From a virus (lineage: Duplodnaviria; Caudoviricetes): a DNA stretch of 64,000 bases. The position numbers were made by a program, and so were the translations under genes. Where the stretch lies: positions 1-64,000 of IMG/VR virus record IMGVR_UViG_3300021426_000079; one strand, 5' to 3'. This document shows positions 30,463 to 40,958 of this stretch, piece by piece; the first letter of the stretch is position 1, and every line of letters begins with the position of its first letter. The notes beneath the pieces were generated by a model, which was not told where the DNA came from, searched no databases, and saw only the letters and a list, made by a program, of their open reading frames with translations.

Positions 30463-30730
30463 TATGGGAGAAATTATTTTGATAAAAGAATACACAGTCA
30501 AGAAAGTAATGCCGAACGGTACTATCGTGTACACGGACGGCGACAAAGTAACTGGTTGGGTTTATCAAAAGAAAACGCCTGTTTATGGTGACAAAATTTA
30601 CCTTGATGAATCTGGACGCGCGGTCGAGAAACCGAAACCACAACCGAAACCTATCGTTGTGCCGCGCAGGAAGAAAAACACTTCACTGGAAAACGCGGAG
30701 TCTGAGAATGATGAAGCAGACAAAAGTTAA
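30463..30730 (+). CDS. hypothetical protein
   Basis: MGEIILIK start after the hairpin. Confidence 0.6.
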
Positions 30731-30744
30731 TCGTTGTTGCAAAT

Positions 30745-30784
30745 AGGCGTGTAGCTACGATTAATAGCTATGCGCCTTTTTTTT
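30745..30784 (+). terminator. intrinsic terminator
   Basis: AGGCGTGTAGCTA...TAGCTATGCGCCT plus T-tract. Confidence 0.75.
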
Positions 30785-30801
30785 ATTCTAGGTGTAATTA
30801 T

Positions 30802-31044
30802 GTGAAAGGGCAATATATGAAATTTGAAAGTTTGGACGATGCTATTAAGTGTTATGGCAAGAACAACCTAGTCGCTATCTCCTTTCTAAAGCAGATTATC
30901 TTTTACACGAAGCACGGCGTACAACCTTGTTTCATTTGGGAGTCTGAGCGCAATAAGGGAAAACTCACTTGTTGGTATCTAAAATCTGAAACTGAATACA
31001 TTAACAAACTTTGGAAGGATAGTAAGGAAGATGGCGTACAGTAA
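30802..31044 (+). CDS. hypothetical protein
   Basis: Q..FY..HGVQP pattern typical of these phage tail regions. Confidence 0.65.
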   Translation: MKGQYMKFESLDDAIKCYGKNNLVAISFLKQIIFYTKHGVQPCFIWESERNKGKLTCWYLKSETEYINKLWKDSKEDGVQ

Positions 31045-31492
31045 ATATCATGTCGGGCGCAAGGCGAACCGTGAATACAAAGGTATCACTTATGACTCGA
31101 CGCAGGAAATGGAATTTTACAGAGATTATCTTGAACCGAAACTAGAATCTGGCGAAATCACTGATGTTCAGCGGCAGGTAAAGTATGTGCTACAGCCAGA
31201 GTATAAACACGACGGTAAGAAAGTGCGTGAGATTGATTATGTCGCGGACTATGTAGTGACAGACGCAAAAGGGCAAGTAATTGTATACGATGTGAAAGGC
31301 TATGCAGATGCACAGGCGAAACTCAAACGGAAAATGTTCTGGTATGTATATCCAGACCTGCCGTACATTTGGGTGGCGTTTGACAGTGCGTCAAAACGGT
31401 GGACTACTTGGGAAGACGCGCGCAAAAAAGCGAATCGGCGGCGCGCCATGTCTAAAGCTAAAGCTAAGAAAACTACTTCAACGGAGGAATAA
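31031..31492 (+). CDS. DUF1064 PD-(D/E)xK endonuclease
   Basis: GITYDSTQE, QVKYVLQP, YVADY, DVKG and KLKRKMF motifs. Confidence 0.85.
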   Translation: MAYSKYHVGRKANREYKGITYDSTQEMEFYRDYLEPKLESGEITDVQRQVKYVLQPEYKHDGKKVREIDYVADYVVTDAKGQVIVYDVKGYADAQAKLKRKMFWYVYPDLPYIWVAFDSASKRWTTWEDARKKANRRRAMSKAKAKKTTSTEE

Positions 31493-31496
31493 ATAA

Positions 31497-32102
31497 TTGA
31501 AAAAGAATAATCCTAGTATCAAAGATGTTATGACCAATGATGATTGCCATATTTTTACCAAGCTGTTAGCTTCGGCTTACTACAGTTATGACCCCGAAAC
31601 TGATGATATGAAAGCAACACCCGATGTTGTCTATGATGTAATGCGTATGCTCTTCTATCAGTATGCGGTTGACGGCATTGAGTTTGAAACTATACCGAAT
31701 GAAGACGGCGACGACACGCTTGAAGAATATGAGAATCCGCTTGATGTGTGCGACAACGATCCAGAGATTCTTGGTATCTATGAGGACTACGTGAACGGCA
31801 CATACGACGGTAAGTTTATCGCACGGCAGTTGTCGAAGATTATAGTTGACGCGCAGACTATCGCCAACTTTGAGATGCAGAAGTATCTGAATAATCGCCA
31901 CGATGACCTTGGCAGACTGATTGAAGGGCTTGCAAGTCTTGGGCGCGTAATTGAAAACACGGATTGGACTCACGTTAATGCGCAGATGTTCTCTGACTCG
32001 CTTGCGCGCGCGTTCACAAATTCGCCGTCTATGCTGAAACTGTTAAAGGAGATTGAGGCGGCAAATGACAGTGGAACAAATCAAAGCGAAGATAAAGAAT
32101 GA
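31497..32102 (+). CDS. hypothetical protein (possible tail chaperone)
   Basis: acidic ORF upstream of the tape measure gene. Confidence 0.6.
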   Translation: MKKNNPSIKDVMTNDDCHIFTKLLASAYYSYDPETDDMKATPDVVYDVMRMLFYQYAVDGIEFETIPNEDGDDTLEEYENPLDVCDNDPEILGIYEDYVNGTYDGKFIARQLSKIIVDAQTIANFEMQKYLNNRHDDLGRLIEGLASLGRVIENTDWTHVNAQMFSDSLARAFTNSPSMLKLLKEIEAANDSGTNQSEDKE

Positions 32103-32502
32103 ACTAAGCAACGCCATGTACGAAGTTAAAGCAAAGTCGGATTCGATTGTTGACGAATCCTTTGCTCAATTCTATGCGGGTGGAAGTCCATCACTATATG
32201 TGCGTACTGGTGGTTTAAAGACTGCAAAAATCAATTCTCCTGTTATGGTTTTTGGCGATACTGGCAGTGTGCTTGTTGGTTTTGAACCTAGCCAAGTTAT
32301 CACTCATGCAGGCCCGAACGTGCAATATGGCACTGTGCTTAGTAAGTCGCTTTACCATTCTGGTTATGAAGTATTTATGAACTCTGAGGAAGGTCAATAT
32401 GGTGCGATGCATCCTGTCGTTGGTAATAGCGGCTTCGCGACAGAGGGAGTAATCAAAATCATGTTGGCTGTCGATGAAATTTTCGCAAAACATTTCTCAT
32501 AA
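32065..32502 (+). CDS. tail-associated hypothetical protein
   Basis: MTVEQIK start; P..YVRTG motif. Confidence 0.6.
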   Translation: MTVEQIKAKIKNELSNAMYEVKAKSDSIVDESFAQFYAGGSPSLYVRTGGLKTAKINSPVMVFGDTGSVLVGFEPSQVITHAGPNVQYGTVLSKSLYHSGYEVFMNSEEGQYGAMHPVVGNSGFATEGVIKIMLAVDEIFAKHFS

Positions 32503-32512
32503 AGGAAGGTGA

Positions 32513-35500
32513 TTGATTTTGGCAGATTATTCCGTTAATGTGCAAGCGAAGGTTGACTCCAAAGCACTTGACGCATTAGAGAGTAAAATAAAGTCTTTAC
32601 AGAACTCGCAAATAAACATTAACCTAAATGTTTCTGGCGCAGTTAATCAAATAAATGCTATAGCGCAGGCGGCGCAAAACGCGGGTAAAGGAATGTCTAC
32701 TGCTTTCAACATGAAAGATAATGCTTTCACGAATGGAAGCATGGAGGCGGCAATTGCGCGCGTAAACAAAGGTATGTCTTCGATGCAACAGAATACTGCC
32801 GCATATGATAAAGCCAATAAATCCCTTGGTGATATGCGACAAGCATACGAAGACGCAGGTAATGCGATTGCAAAGAATGATGCGGCGGCGGCAAAGTCAG
32901 CAACTTCACAATTTAATCTAGCAAATAAGATTGCGTCTAATCAACAAAAAACTGTCAAGTATAATGGCGATTTACTTGAAAGTGAAAAGAAAGTTTATGA
33001 TATGCAACGCCAGATGTCTGAGTATTGGGATAAAAATACCAATATGCATGACACGGCACAAGGACAGCAATTAAAGTACCAGTATCAACAGCTTGAAGCA
33101 GGTAAAACTACTATTGCGCAGTCGCAACAAATTAGTGCGGAATACGCAAGAATCAAGAAAGAAGTATCTGCTAGTGGTCTTGCGGGTAAGTCTATGTGGA
33201 CTGAACTGGGCGATGCAGGTAAACGCCTCATGGAGTTCACTGGCGCATACACTGCTATTCAAAAGGGCATCGACCTTGTAAGTAATTCGGTCAAGGAATT
33301 AAAGGAAGTTGACAATCAGCTTACTGAGATTTCAAAGGTATCAGATTTAACCGATACTCAGATTACCAAACTTGGACAGGACGCTTTTGATTCTGCTTCT
33401 AAGTGGGGCAAAACTGCGGGTGACTATCTTAGCGGTTATACCGAAATGGCGCGTGCAGGTTTTAGGGGCAATACCGCAAAAGGTATGACCGACCTATCAG
33501 TTATGGCGCAAGCGGCAGGTGACTTGGATGCTGATACAGCAAATAGTTATCTTCTTGCGACAAATGCGGCGTTTCAATATGATGGCTCTGTCGAAAAATT
33601 AACTGCGGCACTCGATGGACAGAATCAAGTGTCAAATTTGAACGCGGTTTCAATGCAGGATATGGCAGAAGCTACTGGTAAGGCCGCATCCGTAGCTTCG
33701 ACTTATGGAGTGAAGGTTGACCAACTTTCTGCTCTTATCGGTACTATGCAAGCAACCACTCAGCAAGGCGGCGACGCGGTTGGTACTGCTCTTCGTAATA
33801 TCTTGATGAATGTCGAGAACACAAAGACAAAGACTATCGTGGATACGTTCGACCAAATTGGCGTAGCACAGACGCAGATGGTTAATGGCGTCAAGAAGTC
33901 GCGTTCAGCTATTGATATTCTGCGCGATTTACATAGTGTATGGCAAGACCTCGCAACTGATGACCCTATGCGAAATACCATCCTTAATACTCTTGGTGGT
34001 AAACGTTCGGCTAACCAACTTGCGGCATTGATGAATAACTGGGATCAGTATGAGAAGATGCTTGCTCAGTATTCGCAAGGCGGCGGTTCGGCTATGCGCG
34101 AGGCTGAGAAGTCGGCGAATAACTGGCAAGGTTCACTTAATCGTCTGAGCAATACATTCACAGGTCTGGTTCAAAACTTTGCCAACTCCAAAGGTATCAC
34201 AAACGCTATCAATATGCTCAATAACGTATTAAGGGTTATTGACCAGATTACAAGCAAGGTTGGTGCACTTGGAAGTCTTGGCGGTTTAATGGGATTCATT
34301 AGCGGCGCAAGAGGGCAAAGTCCATTTGCGAGTGCTATTATGAGTGCGCTTGGAGGCAACGGTTCTGGTAAAGGTATTCTTACTGGATTATTCAGACAGA
34401 TTGCTCCTACTGAATTATTTAAGAAGACTAAGGATAGTATTGATAGCGCAACGCAGTCTACTGGTAAATTTGCCGAAGGAATGAAAAAGGGCGCAACTGC
34501 CGCAAAAGAAACCGCTACCGCTACTGGTGAGATGCAGAAGAACGTTGAAAATTCTTCTAATGCTACTTCTGATATGGGCGAGAAGGTATCGCAAGGTGTT
34601 GGTGCTTCGCTCAAAAGTTTAGCTAGTAGTTTGATTAGTGGCGTAATTTCTGCGGGTGTAAATATGCTCGTTGGAATGGCACTACAAGCGATATTTACTG
34701 CTGTTGATAATAAAATTCATGAGCGTGAATATGCGGCTGAAAAGGCGGCGACTTCATACGCTACAGCACAGGAATCGCAGTCGAATCTTGAAGATACTGA
34801 GTCTCAATTAAAAGATGTTGACGACCAGATTGCGGCGATTAAAAGTAAGGGTACTTTAACTCTTGTTGATAAAGCGCAATTACAAGACCTTGAACAAACT
34901 AGAACTAAACTTGAATCTATTAAAGAGTTGCAAGAAATTCAACGCAACTCAGATGTAAAGCAAGCGGCATCTGACGCACTTGATGCTTGGAACAAGGGCT
35001 ATGGTAAGAGCGCAAAATATTTTGCTAGTGGCAACGCACAACAGGTAGCGCAAGCATATTATAAACAACAGCTTCAAGATTATACCAACACTTATAATAA
35101 ATATGCAGGTTACGCTACTACTACAAGTAGGTGGGCGACAAGCACTGGTATGCCAGTTCCTAAAGATATGAACTTAATTGGCGAAGGAACTGACAAGAAT
35201 AATATTGCTGATTTAATTACGCGCAATATTAATAACGCCAAAAATCTGAATGCTCTGCAAAAACAACTTAGACTAAATGAATTAAGCACAAGCAATAGAA
35301 TGTCAGAAGAACAACTGAAAAGCGTATCTGACGACATTACTAAATACCAAACAGCAATTACAAACAACCAGTCGGCATTAAGTGAGGCGGCAAGCAATAT
35401 TCATGATAGCATGAGCCAAATCACCATTGCGTCTGACCTTGCAAACGTATCTTTAACCACAGATCAGCAAGCCGCATATAAGCAGATGCAACAGATGTAT

Positions 35501-38500
35501 GATGCTATTGGTACTTCGTATAAAGAAACGGATAAGGCAACATATGACAGTTGGCTTCAAGGGCGTATTGCCGACCTTATGACAAACACCAAAGGCATCA
35601 AAACTACCATCAGCGACATTGAATCGTTCCAAGACGAGATGGGCGATGCAGGTATTAGTGTTGATGATTTTAAGTCTAAGTTTAGTGACCTCGCTCCGCA
35701 AATTGAAGCTATAAGTGATACTGCTCTGCAAGACTATGTGGATATGCTTAACAACAGCTATCAAGCCGCGCAGGAAGCAGGTGGTTCGCTTGAACAGCTT
35801 GCGGACGATTTCAACAACTTCAACACTTCCGCGCAAGACGCTTATGACGCGCTCGACAAAGTTAATGCGGCGATGGCAGAAAGCATGGCAAGCGGAGGCG
35901 TTTCAGCCAAGTGGGACAGCGAAACTCAGTCTCTTACTGGCGGCGTTGAGGATATTATCGAAGCGTTCCAAGGACTTGACAGTTATGACCCTTCCAAACT
36001 GTTTGAGAAGACCGCGCGCGGAATTCATCTGAATGGCACGGAGTTGCGCAAACTGCAAGACGAAAATGCCGACAGGTGGCGCAAGACTTTCACTGACCAG
36101 TTGGTTGATTACAACGAACAGCTTGAGGCGGCGAAGCAGAAACTCGCGGAGTACAAAGCGGCGAATAAAGACACGACTGATATTGAGTCTACAATCAGCG
36201 GACTTGAAAACCAGATTTCTAACGTGCAACTTTTGGCGGCACAATGGGACGGCGCGACTTCTGCTTATCAGCGGTATCTTGACGCGCAAAAAGGCGGCGA
36301 AGAGGGTGACCTTTACGATAACATTACCAGTACGGTAATGAAGCGTGGCGACGAACTGTATCAAGCGGGACTTGTTGGAACGAATGAGTTTCGCGCGATT
36401 GCCGACCTTTACAGCTACGAAGACCTTTCTCCAGACGCTTCGGTGCAGGAAGTGACGGCGGCTTACGAAAAAGGTTTGCCGATTGCCCAGAAGTATTTCA
36501 CTGAGAACTCTGACGGAGCGAAAGCATTTATCGACCAGATGGTACAACTTGGCGACGCGACCAAGGACGAGAATGGTAATTATAAGCTGTTAGGAAATAA
36601 CACGCGCGATATTGCAAAGCAGTTCGGTGTAAGCGTTGACCTCGTTGAAGCGGCACTTGGCAAGCTGAATGATTATGGTATTACCATTGATTTCGGTTCT
36701 GTCAATCAAGATGTGCAGACGCTGATTGATAATGTAAATAACCTTGACGCGCAACTTGCAGAGAAACATTTATCTGTAGATATTGATATCAACACAGATA
36801 ATGTCGAGGGCGAGATTGTCACTGCAAAAGACAAGATTGCTCAACTCAAAGAGCAACTTAACAGTGGTGAATTAAGCGAAGACGCGAAGATTAATGTTCA
36901 ACTTGAGATTCAAGACGCAGAAGCTAAGTTGCAGGTATTACTTAGCCGATTGCCGAAGGAAGAGTTAATCGAACTTGGTCTTGACCCCGATACTCAAACT
37001 TATGACGAAATGGTTCAGAAGATTGAGAACGGCGAAGTTGACATGAATATTCTTGCCAACACCGACAAGGCTGAACAACAAATTGATAATCTTAAACGTA
37101 AAGCATCTCAACCTATAAGTATCACCGCAGGAACGCCTACATCAGAAACTAATTTCATCACTGGCACAAATAGATTTAATTCAAATTCTAGTAGTCAAGC
37201 GGGTGGTACTGTTGCTACTTCTGCGCCCAAAACTACCACTACTACATCATCAAGTAATGTAGCGGTTCAAGTTGATACAACACAAGCTAAATCTGCTATT
37301 TCGCAGGTAGAAACTCAGCTTAATAAACTCGCCAACAAGACAATTAATGTTAGCGCAAAGACAACTGGCACTGGTTTAATCGGCGATATGAAACGACGCA
37401 TTGATTCGTTGAAGAGTAAGAGCGTTACCGCTTCGGCAAAGGTTACTGGCACTTCTGCTGTCAACGGATTAAAGGGTGCAATCAATCAGCTTGCTAGTAA
37501 GAACGTTTCTGTATACGCAACGGTATCTGGTACTGCGGCAGTCAACGCTTTGAAGAGCGCGATTGCGGGAGTACACAGTAAGAGCGTCACTGTAACAAGT
37601 GTAACTAATAATTACACAAACAACTATACAAGTAACTATACAAGTAGCGGCAAAAAGCGGAAGGTTAACGGCACTGCTCGCGCTTATGGTAGTGCTTTAG
37701 TTCAAGGTAATTGGGGACTGAGACAAAGTGGCAGAGCCTTGGTAGGTGAGGTCGGCGAGGAGGGGATCGTACACGGAAATAAGTTCTACACCGTGGGTTC
37801 ACGTGGCGCGGAATTTGTCAATCTCTCAAAAGGCGATATAGTATTTAACCATAAACAAACAGAAGCGTTATTAAAGTATGGTTATGTGACTGGTCGCGGT
37901 AGCGTAGTTGGCGGTTCTCTGGCAACTGGTACTGCTCTTTACGAAGGTACTTCGGCGGGTGGCGGCGGCGCGTTCTATACGCCAAAACCAGAACTGTTTA
38001 TTAATCCTAGCAAATCTTCAAAGTCTAGCAAATCTAGTGGCGGCAGTAAGAGGTCTAGCGGTTCTAGCAAATCTAGTGGCGGCAGTAAGAAGTCTAGCGG
38101 TTCCAGCAAATCCAGTAGTTCAAAGAAGAGTTCGACTGACGATGAGTCGCAGGATTTTGACTGGATTGAAGTTGTAATTGACAATATCGAGAAAGCAATC
38201 AAGAAACTTGATAATACTGTTCAAGCGACCTATAAGACGATTCAAGAGCGCAACTCTGCGACGCGCGCCGAGATGTCAAAGACCGCCGACGAAATTGATA
38301 TTCAGCAACAGGCTTACGACAAATACATGGAGAAAGCGAATTCCTACGGTTTGTCGCAGGATTGGATTGATAAAATCGTCAACGGCACGATGGACATTGA
38401 CACCGTAACTGACGAAACGACGCAGACGGCGATTAAGAATTATCAGACATGGTACGATAAGGCCAAGGCGACGCAGGAGAAAATCGACGACTTGCGCGAG

Positions 38501-40678
38501 TCTATGGTGAAGTTGTATTTAACTCAGTACAGCAACACGAAGACGGCGCACGAAGACATCATTGATAATCTCCAAGCGCAGATTGACTTGCGGCAAGCGA
38601 ACATTGACCGCGCGAAGGAAGAGGGTCACATTATCGGCGATGTTTACTATCCCAAGATGATTGAGATGGCGAACTCCAAGATTCAGAAGTTAAGCGACGA
38701 GAGGCAAGATTTGCTGACGGCGATGGCTGACGCTGTCACCAATGGTAAAGTGCAGGTTGGTTCGCACGAATGGTATCAGATGCAAGCCGACATTGACAAC
38801 CTTACGAAGTCGATGGAACAGGCGCAACAGGCGGCGGCTGAGTACGCGAACGCACTGCAACAAATCAAGTGGGATAGATTTGACGAGCAGATGAATATGG
38901 TTGGCGATATTGCGGACGAGTTGGAATTCCTTGGCAAGACGCTCGACAAGTGGGACAACTACACAGACACGGGCGCAATTACTGAGACCGGCTTGACCAA
39001 ACTCGGCATCGCGGCGATGAAGTACAATGTGTATATGCAGAAGTCTGTTGAGTATGGCGAACAGTTTAAAGAAATCAACAAGCAACTGGCGGCAGACCCG
39101 ACCAACACAACACTGGTAGACCGAAAGAAAGAACTTGTCAAGGCACAGCGTGAATCCATTAAAGCGGGATATGAAGAGCGTTCGACGATGAAGAGTCTCG
39201 TTAAAGAGGGCATCGAGAAACAGATTGATGCGATGAAAGACCTCATTAGCGAGTATGAAAAGATGCTCGACGCGAATAAGGACGCTTACAATTATCAGCG
39301 CAAGATGGAGGATAAAGTCAAAGCACTGAATAAGTTGCAGAAGCAGTACGCGGCGGGTGCAGGTGACACTTCTGAGGAAGGGCGCGCGAAACAGCAGAAA
39401 CTCGGCGAACAGATTGACGAGGCGCAACAGGACATTGCGGACACTGAGGAAGATAGACGAATCTCTGAAATTAAAGAGATGTTGTCACAACTTGAAGAGG
39501 ATTACACCAATGTTCTGAACGCGCGGCTTGACAATATGGACGCACTCGTTTCACAGGTAATTGATACCGTCAATGCAACTTCTGGAACGATTGCTGAAAC
39601 TATCACGGCGAAAGCGCAAGACCTTGGTGTGGAACTTAGCACTGGTCTTAGCACTTCGCTCTCTGGCTTGCAGGACGCTGTTGGTATCAAGATTGACGCA
39701 ACTACTGGTGCAGTCAACACAGTAAATGCTACTGGACAAGCGGCGGGTATGACGATTACTTCTGCGCTGAATCTTGGCGCATCGAATGTTGTCAGTGGTT
39801 CTAACGCGGCAGTTAGTAACTTCTCTAACGGCAACTTTAATAACAAGATGGCAAGCATTTTGCAAGGCATCGGATTTATTGAACAGCAATACCAGAAACA
39901 GATAGACGAGGCAAAGGCGAAGGAACAGGCTGAACAGGCGAAGAAACAGGCGGCTCTTGCGGCACAGCAAAAGGCGGCGCAACAGAAAGCTAACGCGAAT
40001 AAGGCGAAAACACCGACACCTGCGAAAACGACCACAAGCAACAAGACGGATAAAGACAACTATGGCGTGGCACTGGCGATTATCAATGGTAACTATGGGT
40101 GGGGCAACGATCCATTCCGTAGCGGCGCGCTGAAAAATCGCGGCTATGATACGGCGAAGGTTCAGAGTATCGTCAATAAGTTGATGCGCGAGGGCAAGGT
40201 TAATAACGGCTCTTGGCAAGGTGCTTACTACGGCTTGAAGCTGAGTGATTTGAGTAAATATCATTATGCAAGCGGCACGACAGGCGTTGGCTCTGACCGT
40301 TTCGCGCGGCTGAACGAGTACGGCGGCGAGGCGGTTCTGCGCAAGAAGGATAACTCTATCCTCACGTATCTCCCGAAAGGAAGTGGCGTTATGACTGCGG
40401 GGCAAGTGAGCAATATGTGGAATTTCGCGCGCGACCCTTCGTCTTATCTTGACGGTATATTCAATGGTAAGCTGAACGGCAATTCTGGCGGCGCAGGTGA
40501 GATGCAGATTAACACTGACGCGAAGGTAGAATTCAATTTGCCTAACGTAAAGGATTATGCAGACTTCATGCGCGAGGCTCAGAAAGACCCGAAGTTCACA
40601 CAACTGATTCAGCAGATTTCAGTCGGCTCATTGCACGGCGCAAATTCGCTGAAAAAGAATCAGATAAGTTTTAAATAA
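32513..40678 (+). CDS. tail tape measure protein (TP901-type core) with C-terminal CW_7-like motif
   Basis: 2721 aa; LTEISKVSD and GDAVGTALR motifs; long helical repeats; ALVGEVGEE. Confidence 0.9.
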   Translation: MILADYSVNVQAKVDSKALDALESKIKSLQNSQININLNVSGAVNQINAIAQAAQNAGKGMSTAFNMKDNAFTNGSMEAAIARVNKGMSSMQQNTAAYDKANKSLGDMRQAYEDAGNAIAKNDAAAAKSATSQFNLANKIASNQQKTVKYNGDLLESEKKVYDMQRQMSEYWDKNTNMHDTAQGQQLKYQYQQLEAGKTTIAQSQQISAEYARIKKEVSASGLAGKSMWTELGDAGKRLMEFTGAYTAIQKGIDLVSNSVKELKEVDNQLTEISKVSDLTDTQITKLGQDAFDSASKWGKTAGDYLSGYTEMARAGFRGNTAKGMTDLSVMAQAAGDLDADTANSYLLATNAAFQYDGSVEKLTAALDGQNQVSNLNAVSMQDMAEATGKAASVASTYGVKVDQLSALIGTMQATTQQGGDAVGTALRNILMNVENTKTKTIVDTFDQIGVAQTQMVNGVKKSRSAIDILRDLHSVWQDLATDDPMRNTILNTLGGKRSANQLAALMNNWDQYEKMLAQYSQGGGSAMREAEKSANNWQGSLNRLSNTFTGLVQNFANSKGITNAINMLNNVLRVIDQITSKVGALGSLGGLMGFISGARGQSPFASAIMSALGGNGSGKGILTGLFRQIAPTELFKKTKDSIDSATQSTGKFAEGMKKGATAAKETATATGEMQKNVENSSNATSDMGEKVSQGVGASLKSLASSLISGVISAGVNMLVGMALQAIFTAVDNKIHEREYAAEKAATSYATAQESQSNLEDTESQLKDVDDQIAAIKSKGTLTLVDKAQLQDLEQTRTKLESIKELQEIQRNSDVKQAASDALDAWNKGYGKSAKYFASGNAQQVAQAYYKQQLQDYTNTYNKYAGYATTTSRWATSTGMPVPKDMNLIGEGTDKNNIADLITRNINNAKNLNALQKQLRLNELSTSNRMSEEQLKSVSDDITKYQTAITNNQSALSEAASNIHDSMSQITIASDLANVSLTTDQQAAYKQMQQMYDAIGTSYKETDKATYDSWLQGRIADLMTNTKGIKTTISDIESFQDEMGDAGISVDDFKSKFSDLAPQIEAISDTALQDYVDMLNNSYQAAQEAGGSLEQLADDFNNFNTSAQDAYDALDKVNAAMAESMASGGVSAKWDSETQSLTGGVEDIIEAFQGLDSYDPSKLFEKTARGIHLNGTELRKLQDENADRWRKTFTDQLVDYNEQLEAAKQKLAEYKAANKDTTDIESTISGLENQISNVQLLAAQWDGATSAYQRYLDAQKGGEEGDLYDNITSTVMKRGDELYQAGLVGTNEFRAIADLYSYEDLSPDASVQEVTAAYEKGLPIAQKYFTENSDGAKAFIDQMVQLGDATKDENGNYKLLGNNTRDIAKQFGVSVDLVEAALGKLNDYGITIDFGSVNQDVQTLIDNVNNLDAQLAEKHLSVDIDINTDNVEGEIVTAKDKIAQLKEQLNSGELSEDAKINVQLEIQDAEAKLQVLLSRLPKEELIELGLDPDTQTYDEMVQKIENGEVDMNILANTDKAEQQIDNLKRKASQPISITAGTPTSETNFITGTNRFNSNSSSQAGGTVATSAPKTTTTTSSSNVAVQVDTTQAKSAISQVETQLNKLANKTINVSAKTTGTGLIGDMKRRIDSLKSKSVTASAKVTGTSAVNGLKGAINQLASKNVSVYATVSGTAAVNALKSAIAGVHSKSVTVTSVTNNYTNNYTSNYTSSGKKRKVNGTARAYGSALVQGNWGLRQSGRALVGEVGEEGIVHGNKFYTVGSRGAEFVNLSKGDIVFNHKQTEALLKYGYVTGRGSVVGGSLATGTALYEGTSAGGGGAFYTPKPELFINPSKSSKSSKSSGGSKRSSGSSKSSGGSKKSSGSSKSSSSKKSSTDDESQDFDWIEVVIDNIEKAIKKLDNTVQATYKTIQERNSATRAEMSKTADEIDIQQQAYDKYMEKANSYGLSQDWIDKIVNGTMDIDTVTDETTQTAIKNYQTWYDKAKATQEKIDDLRESMVKLYLTQYSNTKTAHEDIIDNLQAQIDLRQANIDRAKEEGHIIGDVYYPKMIEMANSKIQKLSDERQDLLTAMADAVTNGKVQVGSHEWYQMQADIDNLTKSMEQAQQAAAEYANALQQIKWDRFDEQMNMVGDIADELEFLGKTLDKWDNYTDTGAITETGLTKLGIAAMKYNVYMQKSVEYGEQFKEINKQLAADPTNTTLVDRKKELVKAQRESIKAGYEERSTMKSLVKEGIEKQIDAMKDLISEYEKMLDANKDAYNYQRKMEDKVKALNKLQKQYAAGAGDTSEEGRAKQQKLGEQIDEAQQDIADTEEDRRISEIKEMLSQLEEDYTNVLNARLDNMDALVSQVIDTVNATSGTIAETITAKAQDLGVELSTGLSTSLSGLQDAVGIKIDATTGAVNTVNATGQAAGMTITSALNLGASNVVSGSNAAVSNFSNGNFNNKMASILQGIGFIEQQYQKQIDEAKAKEQAEQAKKQAALAAQQKAAQQKANANKAKTPTPAKTTTSNKTDKDNYGVALAIINGNYGWGNDPFRSGALKNRGYDTAKVQSIVNKLMREGKVNNGSWQGAYYGLKLSDLSKYHYASGTTGVGSDRFARLNEYGGEAVLRKKDNSILTYLPKGSGVMTAGQVSNMWNFARDPSSYLDGIFNGKLNGNSGGAGEMQINTDAKVEFNLPNVKDYADFMREAQKDPKFTQLIQQISVGSLHGANSLKKNQISFK

Positions 40679-40685
40679 TCGTTGT

Positions 40686-40725
40686 TGCTACCTAGGCGGT
40701 TTCGGCTGTCTAGGTAGTTCTATTT
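40686..40725 (+). terminator. terminator-like hairpin
   Basis: CTACCTAGGCGG-TTTCGG-CTGTCTAGGTAG. Confidence 0.6.
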
Positions 40726-40738
40726 TAAAGGAGTAATT

Positions 40739-40954
40739 ATGTTTAAGTTATTTAAAAAAAAGAAAGAGGAACACTTTTACGACGAGGGTTTCACGCCCGA
40801 ACAGTTGGCGGCGGCAATCAAAGATGCGGAGGACGCGAAGAATCAGTACCTCGCAAAACTCGCCGAACTGGAAGAAAGTCAGAAAGAGGCTAACATTACA
40901 CTTCAACGTATTCGCCAGTTGGCGGCGCAGATGAAACAGGAAGCGAAAGGATAA
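40739..40954 (+). CDS. small coiled-coil protein
   Basis: RBS AAGGAG. Confidence 0.7.
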   Translation: MFKLFKKKKEEHFYDEGFTPEQLAAAIKDAEDAKNQYLAKLAELEESQKEANITLQRIRQLAAQMKQEAKG

Positions 40955-40958
40955 ACAC

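Noticed and set aside
38010-38130. Short tandem repeats within the TMP gene
   Set aside because: They encode a Ser/Lys/Gly linker (SSKSSGGSK) common in tape measure proteins.
39502-40603. Long antisense ORFs opposite the TMP, RNAP, tail and integrase genes
   Set aside because: They are shadow frames caused by codon bias, with no RBS or recognisable motifs.
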